From Phoronis australis (Eukaryota; Animalia; Phoronida): a stretch of 64,000 nt of DNA. The DNA lies in the NCBI GenBank assembly GCA_002633005.1, contig NMRA01000294.1, positions 23,782 through 87,781 on the forward strand, written 5' to 3'. Every line of letters starts with the position of its first letter. Position 1 is the stretch's first letter. Below the pieces are notes generated by a model. That model worked only from the letters and a program-made list of their open reading frames with translations. It was not told the DNA's origin and searched no databases. Made by a program: the position numbers and the translations under genes. Shown piece by piece: positions 1-11,760 of this stretch.

Positions 1-132
1 TTTATCATTCAGGGTATCTAGAAGTGGTGTTGCTTGATGGGAGTCGTTCGGGAGGTTGGTGAGACGATGGAGCAGCGTTGTGATTTGCCCCTTCTGAGCA
101 GTCCGTTTTGCCTTTAGCCGTTTCACATCCAT
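1..132 (-). CDS. gag: N-terminus of an LTR-retrotransposon Gag (BEL/Pao-like), runs off window edge
   Basis: Manual translation from ATG at 132: MDVKRLKAKRTAQKGQITTLLHRLTNLPNDSHQATPLLDTLNDK, open to base 1; lies just downstream of a PBS and LTR on the minus strand. Confidence 0.7.
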   Translation of the reverse strand, partial: MDVKRLKAKRTAQKGQITTLLHRLTNLPNDSHQATPLLDTLNDK

Positions 133-147
133 GGGACTAGAGTTGAG

Positions 148-160
148 GGTCACGGCACCA
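148..160 (-). promoter_or_regulatory. Primer-binding site, tRNA-His-like
   Basis: Minus strand reads TGGTGCCGTGACC, 7 nt inside the LTR terminus ACA. Confidence 0.75.
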
Positions 161-167
161 AAAAAGA

Positions 168-445
168 TGTGGGTTTATATTGCACAAAGATGAAACCCGA
201 GGTGGTTCGTATGATGTATTAAAAGCTTCTGGTGAGATAGTATAAGGATGTTACATATAACATGCAAGTGAACATACTCGACCAATCAGAATGTGCGCCA
301 AATATAAAACTAACCAATGGGGAAGATAACCTTGAACTGAACAAGAGCCGCCAAATATAAAACTAACCAATGGGGAAGATAACCTTGAACTGAACAAGAG
401 CAGTAAACAACCAAGCTAAACAACCAAGAAAACCTGTCACAAACA
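168..445 (-). mobile_element. 5' LTR of a nested antisense LTR retrotransposon
   Basis: TGT (168) ... ACA (445, possibly 447) termini; PBS and gag on one side, interrupted BEL pol frame resumes on the other. Confidence 0.7.
297..401. repeat. 53-bp tandem duplication inside the LTR
   Basis: gccaaatataaaactaaccaatggggaagataaccttgaactgaacaagagc at 297 and 350; each unit has a CCAAT box. Confidence 0.9.
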
Positions 446-2860
446 CATTCCAAAAGATGGAATGACATATTTCAAGATCTCACTGCAGCCCGATCCATTA
501 CGGTGCCGCGCCAGTATTTCAATGAACCTACCAAAAATCCTATTGAGCTCCATGTGTTTTGCGATGCCAGTTCGCTTGCTTATGGTGCTGCGGTCTACTT
601 AAAACATGGAAACGAGATTACCCTGGTGATGGCAAAAACAAGAGTAAAGCCGACAAAGGACATCACACTACCCCGATTGGAACTAATGGCTACACTGATT
701 GGAACTCGACTGTCAAACTTCGTCATGAAATCACTAAGTTCTAGCCATCTCCAAGTGAACAAGAGAGTACTTTGGACAGATAGCCAAATCACTCTACACT
801 GGATTCTTTGTGATAAAAAACTACCCGTATTTGTCGCAAACAGAGTACGCGAAATACAGTCTGCAAGGTTCGACGACGTCACATATTGTCCTTCAGCAGA
901 TAATCCTGCAGATTTGCTGACATGAGGCATTTCCACTGAAAACCTGAAGTCATCGCAACTATGGTGGTCGGGTCCAGTATGGTTACCCAAAGGTGACTGG
1001 CCTATCAATCCCTCCCCAGACAGTATTATGATGTCGTGCAATACTGACCTGTGTGATCTGAGCACATTAACAGATGGATTACTTCCAGATGTCCCACCAA
1101 CACTCCAGTCAACAGACACAACTACAGATGTTACTGCTGTTACACAACAACAACAGAAGCAGACACAACAGACACAAGCAGAAGTATACACTCTTGACCT
1201 TAAAGCAATCATTGATGTCAACAGATTTTCTACCCTGGACAGACTACTACATGTGACTGCCTATGTGATGAAGTTTGTGCACAGATTACGCAAGCAAGAA
1301 ACAAGTTCAAAATTGACCGTAGAAGACCTGAACCAAGCCAAGTTATTGTGGATTAACCACGTTCAACGACAGCATTATTACCGTGAATTAGAAGTTCTCC
1401 GAGGCTCAAAATCGAAGTCTCCATTGGTGTGACAATTGAAATTATTCCTTGATGACAATACCGTCATTCGTTGTCGGGGAAGGCTTGAGCATGCATACAG
1501 CACATATGATGCTAAATTTCCTATATTGCTTCCACCGAATGACAGATTTTCACTCCTTATCATTAAACATGCACATGGATTACTCAAACATGATGGAACT
1601 TTATCAACGATTACTCATTTGCGACAACAGTTCTGGATACCAAGAATCCGACAAATTGTCAAGTCGGTGCTACGGAAATGTGTCCTATGCCTCAAAGTTC
1701 ATGGACAACCCTATGCGAGACCCCTGGATCCTGCCCTACCTAAATACAGGCTTGAAGAAGCACCACCATTCACTATTGTTGGAGTGGATTTTACAGGTAC
1801 GCTTTACTATCGAAATGCAACTTCGAACCAAAATAAGTGTTACGTATTGTTGATAACGTGTGCTGTCACCAGAGGATGTCACCTGGAACTAGTCACAGAC
1901 ATGAGTTCAGAAGCATTTATCCGAGCCTTTCGCAGATTTTGTAGCAGAAAAAGTCTACCCAGCCATGTCATCTCTGACAATGCGTCGACATTCGTATCTT
2001 CAGCGGAAAACATCAGAAATCTAATCGAAAGTGTCCCTGCTGAGAATCATCTTCGTCAAAAACGCGTCAAATGGTCTTTTATTCCTAAAAGAGTGCCTTG
2101 GTTTGGTGGATTCTATGAAAGACTCATTGGCATTACCAAAACATCACTGAAGAAGGTGTTAGGGAAATCCTGCGTCACATACGATGAACTCGTCACATTG
2201 TTAACGGAAATCAAAGCTGTTATCAACAACAGACCCCTAACCTACATCTCAAGTGACAAGGATGATCCAGTACCACTCACTCCATCACACCTGATCCATG
2301 GACGTATAACGTCAACTTTACCTTGACAGTTTGTAGAGATTGATGAAATTACAGATCCTGATTTTACGCTTCAACGCGAGGCCATGACTAGCCGCGTTAG
2401 ATATTTGGATAGACTCTTTACGGACTTTTGGAAGCGTTGGAAAGGAGAGTATTTACCAATTTTACGTGAGAGACATTCTCAGACCACAACGCATGGACGC
2501 ACTCAGTGTAATACTATAAACAAAGGAGACATTGTATTAATTCACATGGACATCGAAAAACGTGTCAATTGGCCTATGGGTATTGTTACCGAAGTAAACG
2601 TGGGCGCAGATGGATTTGTGCGATCTGCAACGATCAAAACCCAGGGTGGATACACAAATTGCCCCATTGCCAAATTATATCCATTGGAGGTAAACTATAA
2701 GAGTGGATCAGATACAAGTGAACAGACTGCCACTGAACGAGAATCAAACCAGGAGACTGTTCTTGATAGACCAAGACGTCAAGCCGCGCAATTAGCAATG
2801 GAAAAAATTCGGAAACAGCTTGCTCACCAAGAACAAGATGAACAATTAGTATTAGTGTAA
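446..2860 (+). pseudogene. pol: BEL/Pao retrotransposon pol 3' part (RNase H, integrase, C-terminal domain), broken by three in-frame TGA stops
   Basis: ORFs 503, 1028, 1436 and 2384 share one frame; motifs HVFCDAS..AYGA, PRLELMA, WTDSQI, NPADLLT*G, WWSGPVWL, H-H-C-C zinc finger, VGVDFTG, SDNASTF, GGFYERLI, FWKRWKGEYL..LRE, KLYPLE. Confidence 0.95.
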
Positions 2861-2985
2861 ACATATCAACTACTGTAATTCAAGCGTAACCTGATTATGA
2901 TGATTAGTTGCATGCTTTTTATTTTAATTTGATGTGTGGTTTTTGGTGCGATTCAGTTGATTTTAAAATTCGAATATTTTAACGT

Positions 2986-3427
2986 TTTTGGCCGGCGGAG
3001 TGTCTTGAATTCTCATGATGATCAAGTGAAAGTGAGTCATATCCTGTTTTTTCATTGAACTCTGGCAAAAGGAAGAGTTGTTACATAATAGTTCCTGTGA
3101 GTAGTGACCTCAGCATATCAATGTTATTGTTTCAGTGCATCTGGTTGTCTGGTAAACAAGTCATTTTCCATATATGGCATGCCAGGACGAGATTGTGGAA
3201 TTCCATTCATAAAAGTTTACTATTTGTGTTGACGTCACAGGAACCCACTCAAATACACCCAAAACCCACACATATTTTGAGTTGCTATATATACTGTACT
3301 TAGAGCCAATAAACTTTGTGTGTTCTTATAGCCTTCAATCGATGTAGTCAGTTTTTATCTCCATCTAACAAGCAACGAACCGGTTAGACTCCACAGCAGT
3401 CTACAACCTCATCAAATACCCCACACA
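2986..3427 (+). mobile_element. PPT-like segment and 3' LTR of the BEL element
   Basis: ttttggccggcggag (2986-3000) followed by TGTCTTG at 3001; TATATA and AATAAA (~3288-3313) inside; end placed at ACA ~3427 where a different dispersed repeat begins (end approximate). Confidence 0.65.
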
Positions 3428-3706
3428 AACCGCATTCACAAGGCCTTATGTAGAATACTAAAAATGCCTCCGAGCCTGGCCTACCACTAAATTTGAATAT
3501 TTCAATTTATGGCTAAGGGGCCCAAATAATACTTGTGCCAGAGAATTTTGACCAAGCACCTTGACCTATATTTTCATTTTGCTGCTGACATTAACCACAA
3601 GTCACGATACTTAATGAATCAGAAAGTGTATGGCCTGATGAGTGGCGAATTTGTGTGGAAAAGAAATCTTTGCGGCCGATGTTGAATAAACTCCTTGTTT
3701 AAAACT
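3425..3706 (+). repeat. Dispersed repeat, similar to 61830-62212 and partly 59760-59860
   Basis: Shared blocks gagaattttgaccaagcaccttgacctata and atgaatcagaaagtgtatggcctgatgagtggcgaatttgtgtggaaaagaaatcttt. Confidence 0.85.
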
Positions 3707-4246
3707 ACTTTTGTAATAACATTGGAATTAAGATGAAAGTGTTCAGATAGCCTATACTCAGTGTTGTGGTTGCTTGCCCTAAATGCTGGGGTAAAACATA
3801 GATTCAATGAATGTGACCATGGTGACCAGGCGACATATAAGTCGGTCAAATAAACCGATTTTTGCTCTTCAATCGTCTAGATTTTAGCGAACTTAAATAA
3901 TGGTCAGTGCTTCAGTTACAACATTCACCCAAAAAAGTCCATATAATAGATCATTTCACCATGCCAAAATTAATCCTTTATGTCACGTAGAAAATATATA
4001 TCTGAAACTAAATAAGGCGATCCAAATCCTCCCAAGGATAATATTGTTTCAAGAAATGAAGAATATAAATCGGTAAATAAAACAACAAGAATGGATCAAC
4101 TGAAATTTGAAATTTTCAGATGTAACAACTTCCTTTATCAACAAAAACAGAAATAAAGTAAAATCAAACACAAAATGACAATTGACATATAAGATATGGT
4201 GTTATGAAAATGATACATTTTTGCGTAAAAAAATTAATGACATATT

Positions 4247-6470
4247 CTAAGAAGTTTTTATGTTCAATCCATGAGGTTCTATTGTATTCAGTTTATTGTC
4301 TATCCAATATTGTTCTCTTTTAAGTCTGTGAGGGGTACTGGGGTGTTGGAGTTTTTCTATTATTTGTACAGAAAGATCTTGAATATTATGGTTTTTGGAA
4401 TTGAAATGATTACCTATAGTAACAGAAATGTTTTTATGTATTATGTTCAATCTATGATTACGAAACCGAGTTTGTAGATTATGTTGAGTTTGTCCTACGT
4501 ATTGGATAGAACATTTTTTACAAGTTATAAGGTAAATAATATTGTTGGTGGTGCAATCAGAATAATGTTTTATTTCAAAGTTTTCATTGGTTTGGGAAGA
4601 CTGGAAAAAAGTGCTATCGTTGATGAAGTTACACATTTTACACCTAGTTTTGTTACATTGTGTGTTGCCAATAGGTTTGTCAGTTTGGTGTATATTGTCG
4701 ATATTAGCTTTAACTAAATAATTTTTTAGATTTTTACATTTTCTCCAAGAAATTATAGGGGGATGAGGAAATAGGTTTTTCATTTGAGGGGAAATATGCA
4801 GTGTAGAAAGATGTTTTTTGAAGACGTGGCTAATTCCGTTTAAACATGGATTGAACATAGTTATGAAAGGTATTCCATTAGTAGTATTGCCTTTAGTTTT
4901 AGTTCTTAAAGATTCATTTCGAGTAATTGAGAGGACTTTGTCAAACTGTTTGTGTATAAGATGTAAAGGGAAATGACGTTGAATTAGATAGTACTTGAGT
5001 TCTTTTAAACGGTTATTAAAGGAAGTTTCTTCTGAACAAATGTGTCGAATTCTTAGGGCAAGGCTATATGGAAGGCTTTTCTTGCAATGAAAGGGATGAC
5101 ACGAGTGATATGACAGATACTGGTGTTTGTCAGTTTCTTTACAGAATAAGTCAGTTTCTAGTTTATCATTATTAAGAGTTATAGTTACATCTAAAAATGA
5201 GACTTTATTTTGAGAAATGTCATGAGTGAACTTTATAGTAGTGTGAAATTTGTTAATATTTTCTAAAAATACATCTAATTTTTGTGGACCATGGGTCCAT
5301 ATCATAAAAATGTCATTAATGTATCTTAGCCAGAGAAGGGGTTTTTCAGAGAGGTTAGCAAACGTAGGAGCAACCCTAGTTCCCATGGCTGTGCCTAATA
5401 TTTGGAGATAGTGATTATTATTAAAGGTAAAATGATTCATGGTAAGTACATGTTCAAGAAGAGAGCGAATAAAAGATGTAGACACATTAGGATTATTACG
5501 TTGACTAAGAAACTTGGTACAGGCTTCTATGCCTTCATGTTGAGGAATATTAGTGTATAAGCTTTTAACATCAAGAGTTACGAGAAGGGCATTTTTAGGT
5601 AAATCACTGATGTTTTTAATTATGTTAAGAAAATGATTCGTATCTTTAACATATGAAGGTAGGGTGGGGACAAATTGCTGAAGATGGTAGTCGGCAAACT
5701 GAGAATTTTTTTCCGTAGGGCAGTTGTTGCTGGCTATAATTGGGCGCCCAGGATTACCTTCTTTGTGGATTTTTGGAAGGAGATAAAAGCGACTAGGTTG
5801 AGCATCATTAGGAATGAGGTAGTTTTTGGTGTCTTTGTCAATGTGACCTAAATGGAAAGCATTCAAAATAGTTTTAGTTATAAGGCTGATATGTTTTGTG
5901 TTGGGGTTATTATCTAAAAGTTTGTAGTATGCTGTGTCATTAAGTTGTCGGAGAGCCTCGTCAATATATTTCTGCTTGTCCATTATAACAACTGCTGATC
6001 CTTTATCAGCTGGTTTAATTATGATTTCTTTGTTTTTAGCGAGATTTGTGAGGGCATCTTTTTCGGACTTAGTAATATTATATTTGTAGTTTTGCTTTTT
6101 GTAATTCATAACGTCATTAGTAATCGCTTCAATGTAACTTTCGCGGGCATGGTTTTGACTTTTAGGTGGATTCCAATTGCTTTTTTTCTTGAAAGGATTA
6201 ATTTCTGAAGGGGATTTCTGGTTTTCATCTTTGGAAGAATTTGCAAAATATGCTGCCAATCTAAGACGTCTAGCGAAAGTGTAAATATCAATTAGTAATT
6301 CATCTTTGTCAATAGTGGTTTTGGTGGGACAGAAGTTTAGTCCTTTAGAAAGTAGGCTAACCTCACTATCAGTTAAGTTATGGATATATAAATTAACTAC
6401 GTTGTTTGTTTCACAGGTTATAGTTTTCCTAGAGATTTGTCTACGGAACCTTCTGTTACGTTTGACTTTT
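4247..6470 (-). pseudogene. PLE reverse transcriptase + Zn-knuckle linker + GIY-YIG endonuclease, catalytically damaged
   Basis: Frame is open upstream of 6259 (VVNL...LLSKGLNFCPT); motifs IKPADKG, YLLPKIHK, GRPII, LDVKSLYTNIP, GTAMGT, FLDV, CNKTRCKMC, IIYLITCKKCSIQYVGQT, RFRNH, PHGLN; YIDD is YIND and 13 codons are deleted relative to the plus copy. Confidence 0.93.
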
Positions 6471-6614
6471 TTATGGTGTTGTTGGTATTGTCTGCAGGAC
6501 CGTAGATGACGGTGGTAGGAATAGGTCGAGACGAAGTCGTTGTAGATGTCTTAGAGTATTGTTCTTTCCTTTGTTCTTGTGGCGCCGTACTTTTTTCGAA
6601 TTAGTGTGCCCGTT

Positions 6615-7106
6615 CTAGGGTGCGTTGAATTCTGCAATGTTGTCTTCACTATGGGATTCCTGAAGAGGCTCGAATCTGTTGGTGGTAAGGATTGCTTCCT
6701 CTGATGTAAATGACGTATATTTTGTTGTAGATTTGTTTTTGCCGTTTGAATTTCCAGTTACTTTAATCCAGTTGTCTTTTTTGAGGTTAACTTTATCTTG
6801 AACACCTGCTGTGATAGGTTTTTCTTTTGGAGGAGTTGTTGAGCAGGTATCTTCTAATGTTTGAATGAGATAGTTATCTGGAGTGTGTTTGCTGTCCAAC
6901 AGGTTGAAATGGTGGTTGCGGTGTAGAAGTAATATTGGTTTGCTGTTGATATTCTCTGAGGTGTATTTAATCCAACTTATGTTGTTTCCAATAGTGGTGT
7001 TGACGTAGATGTCTTTATGAAAAAGAGTACAAGTTGCGAATATTTCAGCTTGAGTGGCCCACGATTTGATGTTGCCGTTTGTTTTCGCCATGTTTCGTAG
7101 ATGTAG
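6615..7106 (-). CDS. C-terminal half of an OTU-like cysteine protease domain plus low-complexity linker, upstream of PLE RT
   Basis: HLRNMAKTNG..SWATQAEIFATCTLFHKDIYV...WIKY...ILLLHRNHHFNLL resembles the OTU pattern M...G.W....EI.A....L...I.V...W..Y...I.L....HY; the catalytic-Cys half is cut off at the inversion junction. Confidence 0.65.
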   Translation of the reverse strand, partial: LHLRNMAKTNGNIKSWATQAEIFATCTLFHKDIYVNTTIGNNISWIKYTSENINSKPILLLHRNHHFNLLDSKHTPDNYLIQTLEDTCSTTPPKEKPITAGVQDKVNLKKDNWIKVTGNSNGKNKSTTKYTSFTSEEAILTTNRFEPLQESHSEDNIAEFNAP

Positions 7107-8456
7107 CTTTTACACTAATATTCCTCAACATGAAGGCATAGAAGCCTGTACCAAGTTTCTTAGTCAACGTAATAATCCTAATGTACCTACATCTTTTATT
7201 CGCTCTCTTCTTGAACATGTACTTACCATGAATCATTTTACCTTTAATAATAATCACTATCTCAAATATTAGGCACAGCCATGGGAACTAGGGTTGCTCC
7301 TACTTTTGCTAACCTCTTCATGGGAAATCTTGAAAACAGCTTCATCAAATCCTGCTCTGAAAAACCCCTTCTCTGGCTAAGATACATTGATGACATTTTT
7401 ATGATATGGACCCATGGTCCACAAAAATTAGATGTATTTTTAGAAAATATTAACAAATTTCACCCTACTATAAAGTTCACTCATGACATTTCTCAAAATA
7501 AAGTCTCATTTTTAGATGTAACTGTCACTCTTAATAATGATAAACTAGAAACTGACTTATTCTGTAAAGAAACTGACAAACACCAGTATCTGTCATATCA
7601 CTCGTGTCATCCCTTTCATTGCAAGAAAAGCCTTCCATATAGCCTTGCCCTAAGAATTCGACGCATTTGTTCAGAAGAAACTTCCTTTAATAACCGTTTA
7701 AAAGAACTCAAGTACTATCTAATTCAACGTCATTTCCCCTTACATCTTATACACAAACAGTTTGACAAAGTCCGCTCAATTACTCGAAATGAATCTTTAA
7801 GAACTAAAACTAAAGGCAATACTACTAATAGAATACCTTTCATAACTATGTTCAATCCATGTTTAAACGGAATTAGCCACGTCTTTAAAAAACATCTTTC
7901 TACACTGCATATTTCCCCTCAAATGAAAAACCTATTTCCTCATCCCCCTATAATTTCTTGGAGAAAATGTAAAAATCTAAAAAATTATTTAGTTAAAGCT
8001 AATATCGACAATATACACCAAACTGACAAACCTATTGGCAACACACAATGTAACAAAACTAGGTGTAAAATGTGTAACTTCATCAACGATAGCACTTTTT
8101 TCCAGTCTTCCCAAACCAATGAAAACTTTGAAATAAAACATTATTCTGATTGCACCACCAACAATATTATTTACCTTATAACTTGTAAAAAATGTTCTAT
8201 CCAATACGTAGGACAAACTCAACATAATCTACAAACTCGGTTTCGTAATCATAGATTTAACATAATACATAAAAACATTTCTGATACTATAGGTAATCAT
8301 TTCAATTCCAAAAACCATAATATTCAAGATCTTTCTGTACAAATAATAGAAAAACTCCAACACCCAAGTACCCCTCACAGACTTAAAAGAGAACAATATT
8401 GGATAGACAAACTGAATACAATAGAACCTCATGGATTGAACATAAAAACGTCTTAA
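7105..8456 (+). pseudogene. 5'-truncated inverted PLE copy (RT motifs to GIY-YIG)
   Basis: 391-aa ORF nearly identical to the minus copy; intact YIDD; 1-nt deletion near 7263 separates it from the upstream SFYTNIP frame. Confidence 0.93.
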
Positions 8457-10752
8457 AATATGTCATTGAATTTTTTACGCAAAAATGTATCATTTTCATT
8501 ACACCATATCTTATATGTCAATTGTCATTTTGTGTTTGATTTTACTTTATTTCTGTTTTTGTTGATAAAGGAAGTTGTTACATCCGAAAACTTCAAATTT
8601 CAGTTGATCCATTCTTGTTGTTTTATTTACCGATTTATATCCTTTATATCAAAAATGCATGAAGAGCTTTGATAATTCACTTTTAGCTGTTACATAATTC
8701 CTCGTAGTGTTGACCCATTCTGTCGGGTATTTTTCTGTGAGAAGTTTGTGCCACTACTAAACCTAACTGTGTGAGGTGAAATTCATCTTACAATTTGTAG
8801 CCTACAATGTTGCAATCTTTTGGGAAGCATGTGCCTTATGACTAAATTAGTACACCTCATTTTTTAACACAAAAACATATCTGCAAAAATGTGTTGATGA
8901 ATCTACACTGTACAATGTTTTGCACCAGATGATACTTTCTTAACCACTCACAAAAAGTTTTGAATAATAATTCATTGCAAGTGTCTGTGAACACGTACCA
9001 CCATACTGCATGCGAAAAGATTCGAGGCTCTAGGCTCGACTGTGGCTCAAGTATTATCGTCAGCTTAACACCACGCTACGAAGTTGAAGTCAGTGCAGTC
9101 ACCATGTCTGCAACACGCTATAGACCTAATTCACGCCGACAGGAGGAGCGTTCCAAAACGAGGCCTGCTACGATAGTTCTGTTGGCTTATCGGCATACTG
9201 GATGTATTTCGCGTTGCTTGAATCCCTAAGGAAGTTGAGATTCGAAGCGCACGTTTGGTCCTGGCCATACGCCGCGCCGAAAGAAAATATGGCTGTGTAA
9301 AATTTATAAATGTTTTCGAAAAGTTAGAACATATTTTGTCGCATTTCAGTTGCCGAGCATCATAGCAACGACCGGAGAATCTTCGGCTAGCCATGCTGTG
9401 TTCATGACTACAGGTTGAAACATAATGCACTTTTCTTCCCAAGAAAGGACAGGGCCCTCAATTCCTCAATTTTGGGACCGGATATTGGCCCTAGGCCTCT
9501 CAAAAATATTGAAAAGTCCCCCGAAATTCCCTCCACGAGGCCTAAAAACCTCCCCTAGTGATTGAAAACTTCTCCCCGAAGTTCAAATCACCAGTAACCA
9601 CACAGGTGACAAATTTAAAAGAGGACAAAATGTTACTTGAGACAGAGCCTGTGAGAGCATGCAACAGGACGGGGGTGCTGATCGGAGGTAATTTTTGCAC
9701 CGAGACCCCGGAAGAAACGTGATAACTTTTCTTACTCTGTCCAGTTAACTGAAATTGAGCTCTAAAACGAGGTTATACTTTGGACGAATGAATTAGGTGT
9801 TTTAATTTTAAAATTCACTGGTCCGGATAGTTGAAACTGATCATATGAAATAGACATCAGAATTATTAAAACCAAGATAGCAGAATTGATCGGTCAAATA
9901 ATTACTTGTAAAAGTGAGCAAGGGAGTGAATGAGAACCTGCATATAATGTGAAAGCGATTGCTCGGGCTGTGCTCATTTTTAATTTTTTTAATTTAAAAA
10001 CGGTCAAATAAATTTTATTTAAAAACCTGTTTTTTATTTTAACAAAAATATATTTAATAACATCAGTTATTCTTTAAGATGAATGACAAATCAACTGTTA
10101 GTTCCGGTAGTCTACCTCACCAGGACCTAGGCTATGCTTGATGTTAATATTCTTGATCAACAAATTAAACCAGATGTGACTAATTGCACATGAAAGCAAA
10201 ATGCTATAAGCCACCACTGTCGAATATATCTTCAACTCGTCAACAATACAAGCAGATGAATTGTAGAAAGCATTTTTATCAACAATTTACAAGAAGAAAC
10301 GTAACCCTGTATTCAGCATAATACCTAATCTCTAACATCACGATCGCCGTAGTTTGGTCATATCTACTTTTCATGTTTCGAACCTAGTTTTCCGAAAAAA
10401 AATATACCCTTTCGTCAGACAATTATTTGATACATTGACTTGTACTCTAATGTATTTTTCTACGTCTCTGAGATTAATTATCGAGACATTTTTAAGATTT
10501 AATATCCAGGTTGGACTCGAAAGACCGGCCATTTAACTCACACAAGGTCAACTTCAGCTTGGATTATCGCAGTGAGCCTCGCTTTGGATTTTAATGTTCG
10601 CTGCATGAATTAGTTCTATATAGTTTCTGTTTCTGTTTCTATTGTGACGTCAGAGAGTAGGCACCGGGATAGTCTCTGGCCTTCCACTCTATGCTGTTGA
10701 TGTTCTCCACTGGACATACCTCTTCGACAAGCTCCGTAGCTTCGATAACCCC

Positions 10753-10986
10753 TCATTGAACAGTTTTCTGCCTCTGTGCAGTGTGCTCATCACTATGCTC
10801 TCTCAAGTCCAGGTACAGAGGATGAGAGTTGGTTGTAGCTGCCTTTAGAAATGCTTGGGCTGCTAGTGTCTTCTGTTTAGTACGGATGCTATTGATACCT
10901 AACCAGTATTGTAGACTGTCTACAGGAGTGAGTCTAGCTGCACTGGTTACTATCCTCATAGCCTGGTTTTGAATCCCACAAACCAC
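10753..10986 (-). pseudogene. Non-LTR retrotransposon (I-group-like) post-RT fragment
   Basis: QNQAMRIVTSAARLTPVDSLQ...HPLY resembles the QN.ALR.ITGA..TTP...L thumb region of I/Nimb-type LINEs. Confidence 0.55.
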
Positions 10987-11760
10987 AGAAGTCGTTGCTT
11001 ATAGGTTAGGCCTGTGACACACATACCAATAGAAGAGGCCTCGCGATTCGCCAATTATCAGGCTATTTCGAGAATGAAACAAAGCAAGTTTTCCGAGTTT
11101 GTAGCTCAACTTTTTGGCTAAAATAATGATTTTACAATATATTTTTTAATTTTTAACTTTAAAATCTTCTTCCTTGTTCGTTTCAACTACAAATCGGCGT
11201 ATTTATTGAGGAACAAGCGAAATAATAATCTCTTTTGAATTTGCGTATTTTTGCCTGGTCGTGCGTACTTGCGCACTGGGGGCTTGATTTATGTACGAAT
11301 CAGCATTTTTTGCATATGGTAAACAGGTCTGTGACTTTGCCACCACACCAGCTTTTAAAGCAGCTGCTAAACCGGTCCCACTTTTCCGCCCCAGCGAGAT
11401 TTTGGCAACTCATCAACCATAATATAATTGTAATTAGGTTGAAATATAATTACTTTATTTTTTACATTATGCTTGAATTATACATGGTGATGTACATGTT
11501 AAGTTTTGTTCTCTCGAGATATTTTTGTTTTTCAGTGTCTGGTTAGCCAACAACCGTGAGTCCAGCAGACTCCACGGCAGCTGATGGTTCACCAAGAAGA
11601 AACGGCTGTAATATTTTATGTACTATCAATACTAAGGCAAAAGAGAGCGGTTTCAATATATAGTTATATATACGTTTAATGATCTGAACTGGTAGCAAAT
11701 TGCTAGCATGCACTATAAACATGTTGGTGGCCATGATTAATAACAGCTGACAGTATAAAC

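Larger units (their letters stand above)
4063..8640. mobile_element. Penelope-like retroelement (Neptune-like): minus-strand long copy plus inverted 3'-half copy
   Basis: 4063-~5563 is the reverse complement of ~7105-8640; both arms encode RT C-terminal half, thumb and GIY-YIG. Confidence 0.92.

Noticed and set aside
595-1221. 208-aa antisense ORF with a Cys-rich start
   Set aside because: Shadow of the BEL pol frame; the Cys run mirrors a Gln/Thr-rich linker
923-2326. TGA codons as selenocysteine or programmed readthrough
   Set aside because: They fall at Arg-type positions rather than Cys positions; CGA>TGA decay is simpler and no SECIS was recognised
3635-3680. CTGATGA...GAAA as a hammerhead (also at ~62141)
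   Set aside because: No pairing helix II between the two core boxes
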